Shown in pieces: positions 36,754 through 46,441 of a stretch of DNA of 64,000 bases. Numbering within the stretch: position 1 is the first letter of the stretch; each line of letters begins with the position of its first letter. Below the pieces are notes generated by a model that searched no databases, was not told the DNA's origin, and saw nothing but the letters and a program-made list of their open reading frames with translations. The DNA is from Nitrospirota bacterium (GTDB lineage Bacteria > JACPQY01): NCBI GenBank assembly GCA_016180645.1, contig JACPAV010000002.1, positions 1 to 64,000 on the forward strand, given 5' to 3'. The position numbers and the translations under genes are program-made.

Positions 36754-36768
36754 GTTGAGTGTGCGCGC

Positions 36769-36819
36769 AATCTATCATCGGTCCAACGCATTGACAACCC
36801 TTCCCTTTTCACCTACGAT
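36769..36819. promoter_or_regulatory. Overlapping divergent sigma-70-like promoters
   Basis: Plus strand: TTGACA(36791)-17-TACGAT(36814). Minus strand: TTGTCA(36797)-17-TAGATT(36774). Confidence 0.6.
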
Positions 36820-36828
36820 CCGTACCTT

Positions 36829-37056
36829 GTGGAGCACAACACGGTGCTTGGGAGCCGGAACGTAGAGGACGTCGCCGCCCAAAATCCGGAGCTTAGGCAG
36901 TTGCTCGATGAACACCGGGTGCTGGACGGAAAGCTCGATCAGTATGCCCAGCGACCCTACCTCACTTCCTTGGAGGAAATTGAGGTCAAGACCTTGAAAC
37001 GGGAGAAACTGCTTAAGAAGGATAAGATCGAGGCGATTCTCTCGCGTTACCGCTAG
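36829..37056 (+). CDS. DUF465/YdcH-like small coiled-coil protein
   Basis: L.DEHR.LD.KL...EI.VK.LKREKL..KDKI; upstream of ilvB. Confidence 0.8.
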   Translation: MEHNTVLGSRNVEDVAAQNPELRQLLDEHRVLDGKLDQYAQRPYLTSLEEIEVKTLKREKLLKKDKIEAILSRYR

Positions 37057-37166
37057 CAAGGACTCGCATCAGGCGCTGAGATCAAGGGGGCACGGGATCG
37101 CCCCGAGTGCCCGTTTATCATTTTGCTCAGATGCTGCGCTGCGTAGCACGAGCTCACGGAGTCGAC

Positions 37167-38876
37167 ATGAAAGGTGCGGACATTTTCCTGGAGTGTCTCA
37201 AACGTGAGGGGGTGGACATCCTGTTCGGCCTCCCCGGCGGAGTCACGCTCGACATCTACGACAGCCTTTACGACTGCGAAGGCCTGCGGCACATCCTGAC
37301 CCGGCACGAGCAAGGCGCCGTTCACATGGCTGAAGGCTACGCCAAGGCGTCCGGCAAAGTCGGTGTGGCCCTCGTCACGTCGGGCCCCGGCGCCACCAAC
37401 GCCGTGACCGGAATCGCCGACGCCTACATGGACTCCGTGCCACTCGTCTGTTTCACCGGTCAGGTGAACACCTACATGATCGGGAACGACGCCTTCCAGG
37501 AGGCCGACACGCTCGGCATCACCCGGTCCTGCACCAAGCACAACTATCTCATCAAGAACGTGAAGGATTTCCCCCGGATCGTGCGCGAGGCGTTTTACAT
37601 TGCCCGGACGGGCCGGCCCGGTCCCGTGGTGGTGGACATCCCCAAGGACGTATCGAGGGCGGATGCCGAATTCGTCTGGCCCGAAACCGTGGGACTCCGT
37701 GGATACAAGCCGACCATCGAGGGCCATATCGGCCAGGTGAGACAGGCGCTGAAAGCGATCCTCGGCTCCAGCCGCCCGCTCCTCTACGTCGGGGGGGGGG
37801 CGATCAGCGCCGATGCGTCGGACGCCGTGATCCGTTTTGCGGAGAAGCTGAACATTCCGGTCACCGTGACGCTCATGGGCCTCGGCGCCTATCCCGCCTC
37901 CGGCCCCTGTTACGTCGGCCCGCTGGGCATGCACGGCTACTACAATTGCAACATGGCGATCTCGGATTGCGACTGCCTCTTTGCCATCGGGCCGCGATTT
38001 GACGACCGCGTGACCGGCAAGACGGACGAATTTTCGCTCAAGAGCGTGAAAATTCACATCGACGTGGACCCCACCTCCATCAGCAAGAATGTCCCCACCC
38101 AGATCCCTATCGTGGGCCAAATCGGGCGCGTGATCGAACAGATGTACGAAGAGCTGGCCAAGACCGATCCGAAGGTCATCGAGGCGTTCAAGAAACGCAT
38201 CAAGCCGTGGTGGAACCAGATCGCCCAGTGGGAGAAGCAGAATCCTCTCTGTTTCAAGGCATCCACCAACGGAAAGGTGAAGCCCCAGTTCGCCATCCAG
38301 AAGCTCTGGGAAGTCACGAAAGGTGATGCGGTGGTGGCGACGGACGTGGGCCAGCACCAGATGTGGGCGATGCAATACTACCGAGTGAACCATCCGAGAC
38401 ATTTCCTCACCTCCGGCGGACTCGGCACGATGGGCTTCGGCCTTCCGGCCGCCATCGGCGCGCAGTTCGCCAAGCCGGACAAACTGGTCGTCTGCATTTC
38501 CGGCGACGGCAGCCTGCAGATGAACATCCAGGAGCTGGTGGTGGCCGTGGAGCACAAGCTCCCGATCAAGGTCATGCTCATCAACAATGGCGCGCACGGG
38601 ATGGTCACCCAATGGCAGCGGTTTTTCTACAAACGGCGGTACTCTGCCTCTCAATTCATGCAGCCGGATTGGGTGAAACTGGCGGACGCCTACGGCGCCC
38701 GCGGACTGCGGGTGGAGAAACCGGAGGACATGGAGGCCGGGATCCGCGAAATGCTCAAGGTGAGCGGACCCGTGCTCCTGGACGTGAAAGTGGATCCGGA
38801 GGAGGACGTTTTTCCGATGGTGCCGGCCGGCGGCGCGGTGAATAAGATGATCCTTCCGGAATCGCCTCTCTCCTGA
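37167..38876 (+). CDS. ilvB: Acetolactate synthase large subunit
   Basis: RHEQGAVHMAEGYA, TSGPGATN, AFQEAD, TDVGQHQMW, GGLGTMGFGLP, GDGSLQMN. Confidence 0.97.
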   Translation: MKGADIFLECLKREGVDILFGLPGGVTLDIYDSLYDCEGLRHILTRHEQGAVHMAEGYAKASGKVGVALVTSGPGATNAVTGIADAYMDSVPLVCFTGQVNTYMIGNDAFQEADTLGITRSCTKHNYLIKNVKDFPRIVREAFYIARTGRPGPVVVDIPKDVSRADAEFVWPETVGLRGYKPTIEGHIGQVRQALKAILGSSRPLLYVGGGAISADASDAVIRFAEKLNIPVTVTLMGLGAYPASGPCYVGPLGMHGYYNCNMAISDCDCLFAIGPRFDDRVTGKTDEFSLKSVKIHIDVDPTSISKNVPTQIPIVGQIGRVIEQMYEELAKTDPKVIEAFKKRIKPWWNQIAQWEKQNPLCFKASTNGKVKPQFAIQKLWEVTKGDAVVATDVGQHQMWAMQYYRVNHPRHFLTSGGLGTMGFGLPAAIGAQFAKPDKLVVCISGDGSLQMNIQELVVAVEHKLPIKVMLINNGAHGMVTQWQRFFYKRRYSASQFMQPDWVKLADAYGARGLRVEKPEDMEAGIREMLKVSGPVLLDVKVDPEEDVFPMVPAGGAVNKMILPESPLS

Positions 38877-38888
38877 CAGGAAACGACG

Positions 38889-39404
38889 ATGAAACATACC
38901 ATTTCCGCGCTGGTCGAGAATGAATTCGGCGTCCTCGCCCGCGTGGCCAACATGTTCGCCGCGCGGGGATACAACATCGAATGCCTGACCGTGGCCGAAA
39001 CGCTGGACCCCACCGTGTCCCACATGACCATTGTGACGAGCGGGGACGACAAGATCATCGAGCAGATCCTGAAGCAGCTTAACAAGCTCATCAACGTCAT
39101 TAAGGTCTCGGACGTGACGGAGACGGACCACGTGGAGCGGGAGCTGGTCCTCATCAAAGTGGCGGCGGAGGGCGACCGGAGGGCGGAGGCCCTTCGGTTG
39201 GTGGAAATCTTCCGCGCGAAGGTGGTGGACGTGTCTCCGGACAGTCTGATGATCGAGATCACGGGCGACGAAAACAAGCTCCGCGCCGTCATCGAGCTGT
39301 TCAAGAACCTGGGGATTCGTGAAATCGTCCGGACCGGGAAGGTGGCCATGCAGCGATCCCAGAAGACCAAAGCGGCGCGCAAGCCCGTCGAAGAAGCCGC
39401 GTGA
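38889..39404 (+). CDS. ilvN: Acetolactate synthase small (regulatory) subunit
   Basis: [35 protein letters not shown]. Confidence 0.96.
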   Translation: MKHTISALVENEFGVLARVANMFAARGYNIECLTVAETLDPTVSHMTIVTSGDDKIIEQILKQLNKLINVIKVSDVTETDHVERELVLIKVAAEGDRRAEALRLVEIFRAKVVDVSPDSLMIEITGDENKLRAVIELFKNLGIREIVRTGKVAMQRSQKTKAARKPVEEAA

Positions 39405-39427
39405 TAATCTGAAAGGACCGAATTGAC

Positions 39428-40444
39428 GTGAAAATCCACTACGAAAAAGATGCTCAACTGAAATTTCTGAAGAACAAGAAAGTGGCCATCATCGGCTATG
39501 GGAGCCAAGGCCATGCGCACGCGTTGAATCTGAAGGACAGCGGGATCGACGTGCGCGTCGGCCTCGCCGCCGGAAGCCCTTCCCGTGTGAAGGCCGAGAA
39601 AGCAGGCCTTCGCGTTACCGACAACAAGCAGGCGGCGAAGGAGGCGGAAATCGTCATGATGCTCACGCCCGATGAGCGGAGCGCGGCAATTTACACGGAA
39701 GACATCGCCCCGAACCTCGAAGCGGGCGACTACCTCGCTTTCGGCCACGGCTTCAACATCCACTTCGGACAGATTACGCCGCCGGAGAACATCAACGTCT
39801 TCATGGTGGCGCCGAAAGGGCCGGGCCACCTCGTCCGTCATGAATTCCAAAGCGGGAACGGCGTGCCGGTGCTGGTCGCCATTCATCAGGATCCGTCGAA
39901 GGATACGAAGAATGTCGCCCTCGCGTACGCGAAAGCGATCGGGGGCACGAGAGCCGGCGCAATCGAAACCACGTTTCGCGACGAGACCGAAACCGACCTC
40001 TTTGGAGAACAGGTGGTCCTCTGCGGCGGACTCACCGCCCTCATGCAGGCGGGATACGACACGCTGGTCGAGGCCGGCTACCCTCCCGAAATGGCCTACT
40101 TCGAGTGCATCCACGAGGTGAAACTGATTGTGGACCTCATCTACGAAGGCGGGATCTCTAACATGCGTTATTCGGTCTCCACCACGGCCAAGTATGGCGA
40201 CGTCACGCGCGGTCCCCGCATCGTCACCGAGGAGACGAAAGCCGAAATGAAGAAAATCCTCGGCGAGATTCAGTCCGCCTCGTTCGCGCGGGAGTGGATC
40301 CTCGAGAATCGCGCCGGCCGGCCCGTTTACAACGCCCTTCTCAAGAAGGGTGAGGCCCACCCCGCTGAACAGGTCGGCGCCTCGCTCCGTAAGATGATGC
40401 CGTGGATCGAACGGAGCAAGAAGGTGGACAAGACGAAGAATTGA
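39428..40444 (+). CDS. ilvC: Ketol-acid reductoisomerase
   Basis: [49 protein letters not shown]. Confidence 0.98.
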   Translation: MKIHYEKDAQLKFLKNKKVAIIGYGSQGHAHALNLKDSGIDVRVGLAAGSPSRVKAEKAGLRVTDNKQAAKEAEIVMMLTPDERSAAIYTEDIAPNLEAGDYLAFGHGFNIHFGQITPPENINVFMVAPKGPGHLVRHEFQSGNGVPVLVAIHQDPSKDTKNVALAYAKAIGGTRAGAIETTFRDETETDLFGEQVVLCGGLTALMQAGYDTLVEAGYPPEMAYFECIHEVKLIVDLIYEGGISNMRYSVSTTAKYGDVTRGPRIVTEETKAEMKKILGEIQSASFAREWILENRAGRPVYNALLKKGEAHPAEQVGASLRKMMPWIERSKKVDKTKN

Positions 40445-40481
40445 CCGGCCATGTCGGTCCACGTCCTTCCTCTCATGGGCG

Positions 40482-40507
40482 GTCATCCTGAGCGAAGCGA
40501 AGGATCT
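40482..40507. repeat. Short REP-like hairpin gtcatcctgagcgaagcgaaggatct
   Basis: Hairpin related to the cctgagc..cgaagga units at 27330 and 28220. Confidence 0.55.
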
Positions 40508-40533
40508 ACGCCACCCGTAGCCAAGTGTCATTG

Positions 40534-41265
40534 ATGGCATCAGACAGCAGCGTCGTCGCCTCCGTTCACCTGCCGACCCGCCGCCTTCCCCTCGCGAAGG
40601 AAGGATGGCCGTTCATCCTCCCGTTCGTGGCGCTCGGCGGAATTCTCATGGTGTGGACCCCTTGGGGTGCCCTGGCCTTCGCCCCGGCCCTCTTCTCGAT
40701 CTGGTTCTTCCGCGATCCTCGCCGCATTCCCCCCGAAGGCGACGCCCTCCTGGTCTCCCCGGCGGATGGGCGGGTCGTCCTGATCCAGCCCATACACGAG
40801 CCGCTCTTTCTCAAGCGGAATTGCACGCGCGTCAGCATCTTCATGTCGCCGATGAACGTGCATGTGAACCGGATGCCGCGCGCGGGCCAAGTGAAGAACG
40901 TGCGATATTCCGAAGGGCGATTCCACGTGGCCAGCAAGGAGATCGCCTCGAAGGACAACGAGCAGAACGCGATCCACGTCCGATGCGATGACGGCAGTGA
41001 ATTCATGCTGGTCCAGATCGCGGGCATCCTCGCGCGGCGAATCATCTGCGATGTCCGCCCCGGCCAGCAGCCCCGGACGGCCGACCGCATCGGCCTCATC
41101 CGATTCGGCTCCCGCGTGGACCTCTACCTGCCGGACGATTTCGAACCCTGCGTCTCCGTCGGCCAGAAAGTAGCGGCCGGTACGACCGTTGTGGCGACGC
41201 AAGAACCCAATGACCCTTCATCTCGTCGTCCCCGGAACGGAGTGGAGGGGGCCTCCCGGCGGTAG
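40534..41265 (+). CDS. psd: Phosphatidylserine decarboxylase (short type) with a repeat-derived C-terminal extension
   Basis: WFFRDP.R, SPADG, SIFMSP.NVHVNR, QIAG..ARRI, IRFGSRVD. Confidence 0.95.
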   Translation: MASDSSVVASVHLPTRRLPLAKEGWPFILPFVALGGILMVWTPWGALAFAPALFSIWFFRDPRRIPPEGDALLVSPADGRVVLIQPIHEPLFLKRNCTRVSIFMSPMNVHVNRMPRAGQVKNVRYSEGRFHVASKEIASKDNEQNAIHVRCDDGSEFMLVQIAGILARRIICDVRPGQQPRTADRIGLIRFGSRVDLYLPDDFEPCVSVGQKVAAGTTVVATQEPNDPSSRRPRNGVEGASRR

Positions 41266-41429
41266 GCGGAGGCCGTGACGCAACGCATCAGTGACGCCAC
41301 ATTCCAATTATTCCAGCCACTTACGTCATTTCGGGCTGGACGGGAGAACACGCAGCATGTAGAGTTCGGAAAAATCAGTAGGAGGGATCACCATCAACCC
41401 ATGGAAGGGTGTGGGATAGGTGAGGTTGG

Positions 41430-42827
41430 TTGATGGGCAACGCCAGAAGGCCCGATGTATCAAGGGGAGAAGCCGCGAAGGCGACCCGTTCGCTACTTCC
41501 AGCGCTCGCTATTGCCCTCCCGCTGATTATTCCGTTTCTCGATGGATGCGGGGGCAAGCACAGGAATAAGTCCAATTCAGAGGCCGCCCCAGCAACTGTC
41601 TTCACTTCCGAAGCCCCCAACCCGCAACGGGCACGCGAGTACCAGCAGTTCACACAAGAAAATCCCGGCGCATGGACGGCCCTTTGGTCGAAATCTACTG
41701 AGAATCTGACCGCCCTGATCTCTCATGAGGGATACAAGAGAAGGAAATCTGGACGATTTACAATTCAACGGAGTGCCTCCTCTCCGAGAAGGCATCTCCG
41801 TTCACGCTCTCGGCCGGCCAAGGCTCCTCCATCAGACAAAGGTAAGGACCCTCCACCCGGGCAAGAGAAAGACAAGCAGAAGGATGATAAAGGCAACGAA
41901 CAGGGTGGGGGGAACAGACCTCCGAATGCCGGCGGCGGCTCTGGCTCGTCCACCTCGGGCAAACCCGACGAACCGCCTGATTCAGCGAACTCCGATCAGC
42001 CCGCCGACGCATCAAGCGGGGCCGATTCTGAGGCCAGTGGGGACAAGCCGCCTGTTGAGGTCGAGCAGGTCGGCTTCATTGCCTCGGGACCCAAACAAAA
42101 AGCAGTTCTTCTCTCGTTCGATGCTTCCGAGCCGGCGGTCTCCCCGAACAATGATGGAGTAAAAGACCGCACCAACTTATCCTTTGCCTTTGCGCTCAGA
42201 ACCACCGATGGCCTGAATGCCCTGGATCACCATTCTCCAAAAGCCGATGAGAAGAAGTTTTTCCTGGATTGGACGGTAGCCCTGTCGCAAAACGGCGCCG
42301 CCCTGCGGACTTTCCAGGCACGGGTCCCCGTCCAGCCGCCTCTTTCTGATTGTGTCTCAGTCGTGGGTCTACAGCAGGAGAAAGACGAGAGCCAGAGCGG
42401 CATCGAGAGCGATGGAACGGACGAAGGCGGGTGTCACTTCGTGAGACTGAAAGCACAGACTGAGTGGGACGCAACGGACGATGCGGGCGCCGTCATGACA
42501 GACGGGAATTACGAAACCGTCGTCTCCGCCGTCTTCGTCCGGGAAGACATCCTGGGCAACGGGGAGATGAAAGCCAAAACGGTGGACAGCCTTTCTACTG
42601 TTTCTGCGAGTGTAAAAGTCGATACGGTACCACCCGCCATCTCTCTCCTTCCGGAAAACAACTTGATCACCAGCGACCGGTTCCTACCCATAGCCGTGAA
42701 CGTTTCAGACCCGCTTTCCGGCATCGACCAGTCGTCCATGATGCTGACGTTGGATGGAGCGGACCTACTGAAGGGTCTTGCCATGTCCGATGGAGAATTT
42801 ACGTTCGTCCCCCCCCGAGCCGTATGA
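41430..42827 (+). CDS. 5' part of a large frameshifted surface metalloprotease gene (lipoprotein signal, low-complexity linker, FlgD/Ig-like domains)
   Basis: Signal ending LDGC-GG; SPNNDGVKD; DTVPP...SDPLSGIDQSS...LDG Ig-like domain interrupted at the C8 run 42809-42816. Confidence 0.65.
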   Translation: MMGNARRPDVSRGEAAKATRSLLPALAIALPLIIPFLDGCGGKHRNKSNSEAAPATVFTSEAPNPQRAREYQQFTQENPGAWTALWSKSTENLTALISHEGYKRRKSGRFTIQRSASSPRRHLRSRSRPAKAPPSDKGKDPPPGQEKDKQKDDKGNEQGGGNRPPNAGGGSGSSTSGKPDEPPDSANSDQPADASSGADSEASGDKPPVEVEQVGFIASGPKQKAVLLSFDASEPAVSPNNDGVKDRTNLSFAFALRTTDGLNALDHHSPKADEKKFFLDWTVALSQNGAALRTFQARVPVQPPLSDCVSVVGLQQEKDESQSGIESDGTDEGGCHFVRLKAQTEWDATDDAGAVMTDGNYETVVSAVFVREDILGNGEMKAKTVDSLSTVSASVKVDTVPPAISLLPENNLITSDRFLPIAVNVSDPLSGIDQSSMMLTLDGADLLKGLAMSDGEFTFVPPRAV

Positions 42828-45759
42828 ACGCGGTGTGCACGCCGTCTACGTGTTTCTCCGTGACATCGCCGGAAATCCCGCTGACATGGGATCCCGCTTC
42901 TCCATATTTCTTCAAGAAGAACAACAAACGCTGGACGGCGTAAACGCAATCTTGGAAGAATCCGCCCCGCTGTTCGGCTTTGAGGATAGGATGGAATCTC
43001 TTCAGTTGGATGGTTTTGTTGAGGGGGAGGAGTCCAAAGTGTTTTCGTTTGAACAAGCGACAAACGGTGTCCCCGTCATTGGTGCCGGAATTCGAGTGGA
43101 AGTAGCCGTTAACGACGAGCCAGTAGCAGTGCTGGGGAGTTTCTTCCCGGAAGCAGAGGCAATTCCCCTTGCTCCGAGCGTGCCTCGTGATTTGGCTCAG
43201 GCTGTGGCCCTCAATGCGGTGGGGATACCCCAGAGCGAGGCTCCGCAAGGCAGTTTCGAAGAGCTCGCCATTCTTCCGGGAGAGATCCCCACTCTCGTTT
43301 GGCTGGTGGTCCTTCAAGGCGACGAGCCTTCCTCCATTCTCCCTCCCGCGAACGGTCAACCGTCGGCCCTCAGCAAGACGTTGCTTGTAAATGCCCTGAC
43401 AGGTGAGATCGAAGACAGTTTCGACAACGCCGTGAACCAGTCCGCTGTCGCCGGACGAGGCAACGTGTTCACGGACGCGCCGATTACAGACGACTGGGCT
43501 ACTTTCTTCACTGACCCCCGGCCACGCGGGTTGAGCGTGTATGCGGCAAGGGATTTGAATCACATGTCAAGCGATCCCGCAGGTTGCCTGTTCGGCACTT
43601 TCGCGAATGTGCGGGACGGTTGCGTGACAGATTCGAAGGGAACATTCCTATCGGGCAATCCGGTCTGCCGTGCTGACCGTCAATTTTTCTTCAACATCTT
43701 TCAAAGCGCTAGTCCCGGGGCTGCGGTTCTGGATCCTGAGGACAGGCGCATCGACGCGGCTTCGGCCTACTGGCAAGCAGATGAGTTCTCAACCCGGCTT
43801 TTTACCGAGCACGGCTATCAAATTCAACTTCCAAAAGTTGAAGCAAATCAAGTGACCGTATGTGTCAATGCGTTCAATGATCTCAACGCGGAGGCTGTAC
43901 CGGTGCGACTAGGCGGCGTCCGCGCCAAGGGAACCGGCCTCCGAGATATTCGCTTGGAAATGGGATCGGGCCCTGCTGTCCTCATCGCTACCCAGACGGC
44001 AACGATCCCACCTCAAGCCGTTCACATCAACGGGGATATCACGAGAAATCCCGATGTCTTGTTTCATGAATTCTCCCACGGGATTCTGTTTACAAAAGGC
44101 ATCCTCGCACCGTGGGCCACAATTCATTTGGCTTTTCATGAAGGGTTCTCCGACTTCCTACCAGCGAGCATGACGAATGATCCTAGTATCGGGGAATGGT
44201 TGCAACCCCTGTACTTCCGTACAGCCAATAATTTCGCGAAGGAAGGCGAAGTCTCCACCGAGGCACACGCATTTGGTACAGTGTTTTCCGGGGCCATGTG
44301 GGATCTGCGACTTCGGCTCACCACTAAGTACTTGGGATTCCTGGGAACGTTCGAGGCAGCTAGACGACGCGTGGAAAGATTCGCGCTCGACTCAGCGAAT
44401 CTCGTCGTCGTCAATCCAAAAGCACCGCCAAGCTTCTCCGTCATCCTCCCCGCCTTGCTGGCCAAGGAGGCCTCCTTTCGCATCTACATAAAATCCATTG
44501 GTGGACAGGAGATAACGCTTAACAACGAGGTCAAGGCGGCGTTTGCCAAGCACCACGTCAAGTTGGAGGACCGCATTGCAGTGGTAATTCCTGAGACACT
44601 CCCTGTCGGCTCTCCCATTGATTTGGCAAGCGTGCTGGACAAGGAAACTTCGTTCGTGGTGTACAGCGGGAGCAATCCGAGGGCGACCGTCGAATTCGAA
44701 ACTCCTTCCAGAGGTATCTGCTACAGCGAGACGATTGATACGTTTTCCACTTTCGGAGTCGCCCATCGGCACAGAACGTATGAGATGCCAGAGGAAGTCT
44801 ATCGAAAATGTTTTACCGATTGGTTTAGCGGAGTTTTTGCTACGGAACCAAAGACCGCGGAAAAGCTGGTTTTCCGGGTTCGTACGTTTGATCCGAACCA
44901 GCCTGGGACAACTCGGGTTTCGGATGCGGACTCACCGGCGCAATTCCTCATAGTAAGGCCCCTGTACTGTGGCGATGCTTCATGCTCTGCGGAGGCTGGA
45001 GAGGATTGCCTCGTGTGTTCGGCTGACTGTGGCTCTTGCTGCCCTAACAATATCTGTGATTCCCACGAAAGCTGCCTGAGCTGTTCGCAAGATTGTGGAG
45101 CCTGCCCGCCTCCCCCGCCGCCGCCTCCCCCTCCTCCACCCCCCCCACCGCCACCCCCCGCAGCCAACCGGTGTCCCGATGTATTCTTCGCGGCCCCTGG
45201 TTTCGGAACACCACCCGAAAAATGGTGTTGCCTGCTCCTGGTGGCTCAGGGCACAGACGGTCAAGTGGTGCGTGATCCAGACGGAGACCCCGTCACATGC
45301 ACTTGGTCGGCGACGGGGGGCACCATCAACGGCAACACATGCGCGACAGATTGGGTTACTCCAGAGGTGAATGGAACGACGAACCACACGGTCTGCGTCG
45401 GTGTGACAGACGGTCAGTGTCCGGTCGACGTAACCTGCACTGTGCTTCCGGTCCAGGAAACAGACCCGGTACCACCCCCTGGACCTCCCCCTCCGCCGAA
45501 AGACTGCAGCGTACCCTGCACTTTTTGCCTCCTTACGGGCATTGGCTGCATATCGTGTGGACTTTGTATCTTTGACCCCGAGCCCGAACCAGATATCGAC
45601 TTGCTGTGTCGTGGTGATTCGCTCTGCCATTCATGCATGAATGAGGTTCAGCCGTCGTGTGATGCCATGTATAAAGATGTTGATTGCAGGAAGGCCATGT
45701 ACGCGACGCCAGAGTGCAGGGCCGCGCTCCAGCTTCCCCCGCTGCCTTGGGAAGAGTGA
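42817..45759 (+). CDS. 3' part of the frameshifted gene: FTP/PepSY-like propeptide, M4/M36-like zinc metalloprotease, Cys-rich repeats, poly-Pro, Ig/PKD-like domain
   Basis: FEQATNGVPVIGA, LVNALTGEI, DVLFHEFSHG, FHEGFSDF, EAHAFGTVFSGAMWDLR, DPDGDPVTCTWSATGG. Confidence 0.75.
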   Translation, partial: EPYERGVHAVYVFLRDIAGNPADMGSRFSIFLQEEQQTLDGVNAILEESAPLFGFEDRMESLQLDGFVEGEESKVFSFEQATNGVPVIGAGIRVEVAVNDEPVAVLGSFFPEAEAIPLAPSVPRDLAQAVALNAVGIPQSEAPQGSFEELAILPGEIPTLVWLVVLQGDEPSSILPPANGQPSALSKTLLVNALTGEIEDSFDNAVNQSAVAGRGNVFTDAPITDDWATFFTDPRPRGLSVYAARDLNHMSSDPAGCLFGTFANVRDGCVTDSKGTFLSGNPVCRADRQFFFNIFQSASPGAAVLDPEDRRIDAASAYWQADEFSTRLFTEHGYQIQLPKVEANQVTVCVNAFNDLNAEAVPVRLGGVRAKGTGLRDIRLEMGSGPAVLIATQTATIPPQAVHINGDITRNPDVLFHEFSHGILFTKGILAPWATIHLAFHEGFSDFLPASMTNDPSIGEWLQPLYFRTANNFAKEGEVSTEAHAFGTVFSGAMWDLRLRLTTKYLGFLGTFEAARRRVERFALDSANLVVVNPKAPPSFSVILPALLAKEASFRIYIKSIGGQEITLNNEVKAAFAKHHVKLEDRIAVVIPETLPVGSPIDLASVLDKETSFVVYSGSNPRATVEFETPSRGICYSETIDTFSTFGVAHRHRTYEMPEEVYRKCFTDWFSGVFATEPKTAEKLVFRVRTFDPNQPGTTRVSDADSPAQFLIVRPLYCGDASCSAEAGEDCLVCSADCGSCCPNNICDSHESCLSCSQDCGACPPPPPPPPPPPPPPPPPPAANRCPDVFFAAPGFGTPPEKWCCLLLVAQGTDGQVVRDPDGDPVTCTWSATGGTINGNTCATDWVTPEVNGTTNHTVCVGVTDGQCPVDVTCTVLPVQETDPVPPPGPPPPPKDCSVPCTFCLLTGIGCISCGLCIFDPEPEPDIDLLCRGDSLCHSCMNEVQPSCDAMYKDVDCRKAMYATPECRAALQLPPLPWEE

Positions 45760-46406
45760 TGGCAGCATCAACGATCTCTCCACATCTTGCATCCGTGTGT
45801 CTGGCCGCCGTCCTGGCCGGCGACCTATGCGCCTCGTGTGCCAACGCCTCACCTCGGAACACAAACGCGGCGGTGGAATCAGTCCAGACCAATCCCTCTG
45901 ACATTGCCTATGCGAGTACCGCTCGGGCAGACGATGCCGTCGGCGATAGCCCTCTACCTCCTTCGCCGAAAGGAGGCGGGAATTCCAAGCTCTCTCCTTG
46001 TTCTTCCTCGTTTGTGCCGGGGGTGACGCCCTTTCTAGTCATTGAAGCTGGCGGGTGCATCTCGGGTTGTCTCACCCGGGTTGAGATCCGTTCTCAGGGT
46101 GGTTACATCATGGAACGCCGGTCCGGGGGGGTCACCCAGAAACGTGAAGGTAAGTTCAGCACGGAGGATATTTCAGAGTTTCGCCAGTACATGTCACGCT
46201 TGCGTTTTGAAGATTTGTTCGTTGATTTCGATATTTCCATCGCGGGTCAAAGTCCCGACCGCCCCACCTTAACCTTGGTCGTCCGCTCTCCGGATGCGTG
46301 CTTTGTGGGTTCCAATGATTTCGACAGTGCTGCCCCCCCCTCCTCCGACTCTGCACTGGCCATGGCGGTCTTGGCGAGGGTCGGGACGGATCGTTGTGGG
46401 TGCTGA
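45759..46406 (+). CDS. Hypothetical secreted protein, possibly emfourin/DUF6438-like protease inhibitor
   Basis: TGATG overlap with the protease stop; GGCISGC..RVEI...G...EGK...E...F...L.FEDL...PD.PT.TL.V pattern. Confidence 0.5.
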   Translation: MAASTISPHLASVCLAAVLAGDLCASCANASPRNTNAAVESVQTNPSDIAYASTARADDAVGDSPLPPSPKGGGNSKLSPCSSSFVPGVTPFLVIEAGGCISGCLTRVEIRSQGGYIMERRSGGVTQKREGKFSTEDISEFRQYMSRLRFEDLFVDFDISIAGQSPDRPTLTLVVRSPDACFVGSNDFDSAAPPSSDSALAMAVLARVGTDRCGC

Positions 46407-46441
46407 GCGCCGGTAGCCGCTGGCCGGCGGCGCGAATCCAC

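Noticed and set aside
37060-37140. Hairpin upstream of ilvB as an amino-acid attenuator
   Set aside because: No leader peptide rich in Ile/Leu/Val codons is visible; could be a terminator or REP remnant.
37053-40540. 692-aa and 616-aa minus-strand ORFs
   Set aside because: Antisense shadows of ilvB/ilvN/ilvC.
45104-45160. C-rich run as a DNA repeat or phase-variation tract
   Set aside because: Mixed CCN codons encoding a poly-Pro linker; explained at protein level.
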